Assembly: GCA_963762565.1 (NCBI GenBank)
Contig: CAVXLD010000003.1
Coordinates: forward strand, 160,001-224,000
DNA length: 64,000 bases
Direction: 5' to 3'
Origin: an uncultured Verrucomicrobiae bacterium
Lineage (GTDB): Bacteria; Verrucomicrobiota; Verrucomicrobiia; Chthoniobacterales; JAFAMB01
The notes under the pieces were generated by a model. It did not search any database. It saw only the letters and a program-made list of their open reading frames with translations, and was not told the DNA's origin. Shown here piece after piece: positions 59,505 through 64,000 of the stretch. Each line of letters begins with the position of its first letter. Position 1 is the first letter of the stretch. The translations under genes were made by a program, and so were the position numbers.

Positions 59505-60698
59505 GTGACTACAGCTCCAACGTTATCTGACGCCACAAAGCTCGGGTTCTCACCTCAACGGCTTGAACGGCTTCATCGGCAAATCGAATCGTTCGTCGGC
59601 GACGAGAAACACGCTGGTATCAGCGTCCTCTTGCTTCGCAAAGGCCGAGTAGCGGATTTTTTTGCGGTTGGACTGCGAGACCGGCAGACAGGAGCACCGA
59701 TGCAGGGCGATTCGATCGTCCGGATTTATTCTCTGACCAAAATAATCACGAGTGTGGCGGCTCTGACCCTTATCGAAGAAGGGAAACTGGGTTTGCAACA
59801 TCCCATCAAACAATATCTGCCTGAGTTCAACGAGATGCAGATCCTGGTGGGCGGCACTGCGCAGCATCCGGAACTAATTGCAGCCAATGTCCCAATCGAC
59901 GTTCATCATTTGTTCACTCATACCACCGGATTTACTTACGGGGATAAGGAAGGGCTAATCGACGAGATTTATCAGGGCGCTGGTTTGGAAAAAGCTGAGT
60001 CATTGGCGGATCTGGTCAGAATGTTAGCGACGCTACCGCTAAAGAGAGAGCCAGGGCTCATGTTCCAATATGGTTTCTCGACCGACATTTTGGCGCGCGT
60101 CGTGGAGGTCGTTAGCGGCCAATCATTCGATCTCTTTGTCAAAGAACGGATCTTGGATCCACTTGGGATGACGGATACCGGGTTCAGTGTCGGCCCGGAG
60201 AAACTCGATCGCTTGGCCAAGGTTTATGAGCACGGCAAAAACGGAGAGCTTCAGCCCGTCCAACGTTTCGAATTTGAAGAGATCGAGGGACGAAAGGATT
60301 TTCCGATGGGCGGTTCAGGTCTATTTTCGACGATCGAAGATTACAGCCGTTTCGCGCAGATGTTGTGTAACGGAGGTGAGCTCGACGGGGTAAGAATCCT
60401 GGGCCGAAAAACGTTTGAGCAGATGACAGTTGATCATCTTGCAGGCAAACCGGTGGTGGACCAGCCCTTTACCCAAGGATACGGCTTTGGACTGGGAGTC
60501 GCAGTCCGCATCAATAATGGGTTAGCCGGTACATTAGGAACGCTGGGTGCATTTGGCTGGAGCGGTAAAGCGACTACTCTGTGCGTCATGGACCGGACAG
60601 AAGAACTGGTACTGCTCGTCTTCAGCCAACACTTCCCATACGACGAACACGGTCTGTTCGAGCGGTTCACGAACCTGGTTTACCAGGCGGTGGTGTGA
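59505..60698 (+). CDS. Serine hydrolase, beta-lactamase/esterase family
   Basis: YSLTK, LFTHTTG, FQYG, LGM.DT, GGSGL, FGWSG; GTG start inferred. Confidence 0.92.
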   Translation: MTTAPTLSDATKLGFSPQRLERLHRQIESFVGDEKHAGISVLLLRKGRVADFFAVGLRDRQTGAPMQGDSIVRIYSLTKIITSVAALTLIEEGKLGLQHPIKQYLPEFNEMQILVGGTAQHPELIAANVPIDVHHLFTHTTGFTYGDKEGLIDEIYQGAGLEKAESLADLVRMLATLPLKREPGLMFQYGFSTDILARVVEVVSGQSFDLFVKERILDPLGMTDTGFSVGPEKLDRLAKVYEHGKNGELQPVQRFEFEEIEGRKDFPMGGSGLFSTIEDYSRFAQMLCNGGELDGVRILGRKTFEQMTVDHLAGKPVVDQPFTQGYGFGLGVAVRINNGLAGTLGTLGAFGWSGKATTLCVMDRTEELVLLVFSQHFPYDEHGLFERFTNLVYQAVV

Positions 60699-60764
60699 GG
60701 AGCGGGGCGGAGCCGAAACCCAAAAAGTCTAAATCTCACGCAAAGCTCCGTGTTTGCTCAACTT

Positions 60765-61042
60765 CTGGAGGGGAGCCGCTTTGGCCCGTATATCGCCACC
60801 CTCGCAAAGTTCGTCTCAACGCGCGTGCGGCCTAAGCGCGTGAAAAACAGGCGGCTCCCGAGAACGGCCCAACGGTCTGCAGTTCTATCGGTGGGGCGTG
60901 AACGAAATCGGAAGGCGCAGGCTAAATGCAGCACGCTGGGTGGTTTCCGGGAGCCGCATGTTGTGACATTTTTTGGCCGGATGAAGCACTGAAACGAACA
61001 GCGCGAGACCGTACGATAAATTCCAAAGCGGCTCCCCTCCAG
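60765..61042. repeat. Family C cruciform REPIN
   Basis: CTGGAGGGGAGCCGCTTTGG / CCAAAGCGGCTCCCCTCCAG with inner GCGGCTCCC / GGGAGCCGC; halves also at 36-98, 5500-5562, 46209-46270, 57212-57302. Confidence 0.9.
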
Positions 61043-61081
61043 GCTTGGCAAACGTCGAGGCGCCGGTGACTTTAATCAGCT

Positions 61082-61759
61082 GTGCGTCCTTTGATCAGCA
61101 TCATTGTTCCGGTTTGGGGAGACGACGACTTGGTAGCCGAGTTAGTGAATGGCTTGCCAAGTGCTAGTGAGCTTTGCGAATGGATCGTGGTGGCAGTTCG
61201 TCCTGGCGAAGTGCTCACAGATTTGGATCGGCAAGGGGCGATCCGATTGATTCCCTGCAATCAACCATCACGCGGCAGGCAACAGAATCTGGGCGCGAGC
61301 GTTGCCCGGGGAGAATTGCTTTGCTTTCATCATGCCGATTCTGAGCTAAAGCCTGAACATTTGGCTGCGCTGGCGGAAGCAGCGAAAAATGAGCAAATCG
61401 TGGGAGGCGCTTTTCATCGCCGATTTCATCCGGCGAGAATGCTATGGCGAGAGCCATTGGTGCGGGCTATCAGCCGCTTTGCTGGACCGCTGTTTGGTGA
61501 TCAATCTCTATTTGTGAGGTCCACGGTCTTTCGAGAGATGGGTGGGTTCGCCAATTTCCCTTTGATGGAAGACGTCGAATTTTCCCGGCGCCTGCGGCGC
61601 GCTGGCCGCGTTGAATTGCTGGATCCGCCACTATGGTCACCGCCCCGGCGGTCCGGTACCTGGAGAACGGCGATACGGAACGCGGCGCTGATCGGCCTTT
61701 TCTATCTTGGGATTGAGCCTCGCGCCTTGCATCGCTGGTATTATCGGCGGGAGCGGTAA
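61082..61759 (+). CDS. GT2 glycosyltransferase, TIGR04283 (arsenosugar-associated) type
   Basis: ISIIVPV, RGRQQNLGA, FHHADS, FGDQ.LFV, PLMEDVEF. Confidence 0.85.
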   Translation: MRPLISIIVPVWGDDDLVAELVNGLPSASELCEWIVVAVRPGEVLTDLDRQGAIRLIPCNQPSRGRQQNLGASVARGELLCFHHADSELKPEHLAALAEAAKNEQIVGGAFHRRFHPARMLWREPLVRAISRFAGPLFGDQSLFVRSTVFREMGGFANFPLMEDVEFSRRLRRAGRVELLDPPLWSPPRRSGTWRTAIRNAALIGLFYLGIEPRALHRWYYRRER

Positions 61760-62086
61760 TTGTGCGAAAGGGCGAAACAGCGAAGGAGCGAAGGAGCGAA
61801 AAAGCTTGGCCGGGCGAGGCAAATTGGGGGAGGGCGCGCTGCCTGTCCGACATAGCCTTATGCATCCAATCGGTTTTTCTTCGAGCGGGGCGACGTCGGA
61901 TCCCCGCGCGCCGTGAGGACGTGCCACAACCCAAACGTGTATTTTTGTCCGCGATCGGAACACGTACTCGGCTTCGGCAACCATGGATCGCGAGGACGCG
62001 ATCCCTCCCCGGACCGGAGCCTCGCCCCACCAAACTTTTTTTTGCGTTCCTTGCGCTCTTTTGCAGCTATGCTTCTTCACTGTCTT

Positions 62087-63079
62087 GTGACTACGCCCAC
62101 CAATAGTCGAGTGGATAGGCAAAGCTTTTCTGGGACCTTGACGGCTCACGGTCTAACCTTGCGCCGAAGCCGGACCGAGATTTTGCAGCTGAACCTCGGC
62201 AAACTATGCGACCTCACTTGTGTTCATTGTCATGTCAATGCCGGGCCGAAACGTAAAGAGGTTATCACCCGCGAGACCGTCGAGCGAATTCTTAGCTGGT
62301 TAGCGGTTACCAACATTCCGATCGTGGATATCACGGGAGGCGCACCAGAGATGGCGCCGGACTTTCGTTATCTTGTCGAAAAGATCCGGCAGATGCCACA
62401 GGTCGAAAAGATTATCGACAGGTGCAACCTGACAATTCTACTTGAACCCGGCTACGAATGGGTTGCTGAGTTTCTGGCTGTTCAGCGGGTGAAGATTGTC
62501 GCTTCCATGCCTTGTTATCAGCCGGCGAATGTCAATGCCCAGCGTGGAGACGGCGTTTTTGACCTCAGTATCCGCGGTCTCCAGCTCCTCAATCGTCTCG
62601 GTTACGCTCGTCGGCCAGATCTGACGCTTGATTTGGTTTACAACCCGAACGGCGACTTTCTGCCGCCAGACCAGACCGAACTTGAGGCGGATTATAAACG
62701 CGAACTGAAGCTGAACTTCGACGTCGATTTTAACCGGCTTTACACCATCACCAACATGCCTATCGGACGATTTGCCGCTCGGCTAAGACACAATGATAAA
62801 CTGGACGCCTATACGGATTTGCTGATGGAAGCCTTCAATCCTGCTTCCGTCGCCGGTCTTATGTGTCGGAACACCCTCAGTGTCGGCTGGCGAGGCGAGG
62901 TCTATGATTGCGACTTTAATCAACAATTGGGGATGCAACGGGGTAAAGGAAAACCGCTCTTCGTTTGGGACCTCGATCCGGAGCAACTGGCCGGCCAAGC
63001 AATTATGGTGGGTAACCACTGTTTCGGATGCACGGCGGGAGCAGGCAGTTCGTGTGGAGGAGCGCTGGTGGCCTCCTGA
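62087..63079 (+). CDS. arsS: Radical SAM protein ArsS (arsenosugar biosynthesis, Cys-rich C-domain)
   Basis: CDLTCVHCHVNAGP, DITGGAPE, LMCR, YDCDFNQ, HCFGCTAGAGSSCGG; GTG start inferred. Confidence 0.92.
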   Translation: MTTPTNSRVDRQSFSGTLTAHGLTLRRSRTEILQLNLGKLCDLTCVHCHVNAGPKRKEVITRETVERILSWLAVTNIPIVDITGGAPEMAPDFRYLVEKIRQMPQVEKIIDRCNLTILLEPGYEWVAEFLAVQRVKIVASMPCYQPANVNAQRGDGVFDLSIRGLQLLNRLGYARRPDLTLDLVYNPNGDFLPPDQTELEADYKRELKLNFDVDFNRLYTITNMPIGRFAARLRHNDKLDAYTDLLMEAFNPASVAGLMCRNTLSVGWRGEVYDCDFNQQLGMQRGKGKPLFVWDLDPEQLAGQAIMVGNHCFGCTAGAGSSCGGALVAS

Positions 63080-63468
63080 ATAGCAAATAGCAAATAGCAG
63101 ATAGCAAATGGCCGCTGGGCAGAGGTTGGCGCGCCCACCCCAGCGAGGTCGCATGGTGCAAATCGGGGAGGGCGCGCTGCCTGTCCGACATAGCCTGGTG
63201 CATCCGGATGATTTTCTCCCACAGGGGCGACGTCGGATCCCCGCGCGCCGCGAAAGCGTGGCAACACCTCAGGGCGTCGAGTAACCCAGGGTTGGGAACA
63301 CGATGGGCTTTGCGAAAGTCGGATCGCGAGGATCCGCCGTCGCCATTTTGTTTAAGAAAACGGTGATTAAAACCAGGGCTATGGCGGACAGGCAGCGATC
63401 CCTCCCGGGCGATGGAGCCGCAAGCCGTCAGTTGCCGAACAATCGTGGCAGGATAGGCTGACTATTGG

Positions 63469-64000
63469 ATGAAAATGGCGGAACGCACAAGAGGGGTGAC
63501 GGTGGCGTTTTTGGCAGCGGTGCTGTTTGGGGCGAGTACGCCTTTCAGCAAATGGCTGCTTGGCCAGATCAATCCGCTGTTGTTAGCTGGTCTCCTTTAT
63601 TTGGGTTCGGGCATCGGCTTGACCCTGTGGATTGGTTTTCAGCGCTTGATACTCAAGGCAAAGAGTCAGGAAGCACAATTAGGTTTCAAAGATTTGCCGT
63701 GGCTGGCAGCCGCGATTTTAGCCGGCGGCGTGGTTGCCCCGATTCTTTTGATGCAGGGATTGGCGGTTACTCCTGCGTCTTCTGCTTCGCTGCTGCTGAA
63801 CTTGGAAGGCGTGTTCACGGCGCTGCTGGCCTGGTTCGTTTTCAAGGAGAATTTCGACCAACGAATTATGCTGGGTATGGCGGCAATCCTTCTGGGTGGA
63901 GTCTTGCTATCCTGGCAATCGCGATCCGAGCTAGGCATACCCTGGGGCGCCATCGGCATCGTCGGCGCCTGTTTAGGCTGGGCTATCGATAACAATCTGA
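63469..64000 (+). CDS. EamA/DMT family transporter (truncated by window end; not in ORF track)
   Basis: Manual translation: MKMAERTRGVTVAFLAAVLFGASTPFSK..LAGLLYLGSG..SLLLNLEGVFT..WAIDNNL. Confidence 0.92.
   Translation, partial: MKMAERTRGVTVAFLAAVLFGASTPFSKWLLGQINPLLLAGLLYLGSGIGLTLWIGFQRLILKAKSQEAQLGFKDLPWLAAAILAGGVVAPILLMQGLAVTPASSASLLLNLEGVFTALLAWFVFKENFDQRIMLGMAAILLGGVLLSWQSRSELGIPWGAIGIVGACLGWAIDNNL

Noticed and set aside
63040..63079. Selenocysteine in the ArsS C-terminus
   Set aside because: The GSSCGG position is TGT (Cys); the TGA is the ordinary terminal stop.
63465..63995. ORFs 63465-63992 (+) and 63666-63995 (-)
   Set aside because: Shadows of the real EamA frame starting at 63469.
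1..64000. RAYT/IS200 transposase, tRNA, rRNA or riboswitch
   Set aside because: No HUH/Y1 transposase motifs in any listed ORF and no recognisable structural RNA by eye; a covariance-model search would be needed to exclude small ncRNAs.

Overview
Bacterial chromosomal window, GC-rich and gene-dense. It is inferred to be from a soil Verrucomicrobiota (Chthoniobacterales/Spartobacteria-like) genome, based on the ECF-sigma/Ser-Thr-kinase pairs, the secreted hypothetical families and the repeat style; this is not proven. It holds about 55 CDS. These include a WYL (YafY) regulator, HAD, XRE-GNAT and a Tat-MBL; a ROK-GH3-GH42 sugar locus; an S46 peptidase; liuBCDE leucine catabolism with a divergent atypical BirA; and a class II aldolase. 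A ~22-kb island (28.6-50.5 kb) of secreted hypothetical proteins carries two paralogous ECF sigma + Ser/Thr kinase pairs. The right end has SsuA, a LarA-family enzyme, Thr dehydratase-RidA, hydrolases and an arsenosugar-type glycosyltransferase-ArsS pair. No rRNA, tRNA, CRISPR array, integrase or transposase was recognised. The most striking unexplained structure is intergenic: nearly every gap is filled by nested families of REP/REPIN-like palindromes. One ~60-100 bp hairpin element (8 copies, covarying stem) sits at a fixed position inside other repeats, with empty and filled alleles both present. The 7/8/9-mer tandem repeats mostly follow a strand-polarity rule. A TGACA-N6-TGTCA palindrome with PafBC-type promoter spacing lies upstream of the WYL operon. 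All family assignments come from motif recognition by eye, not database searches.
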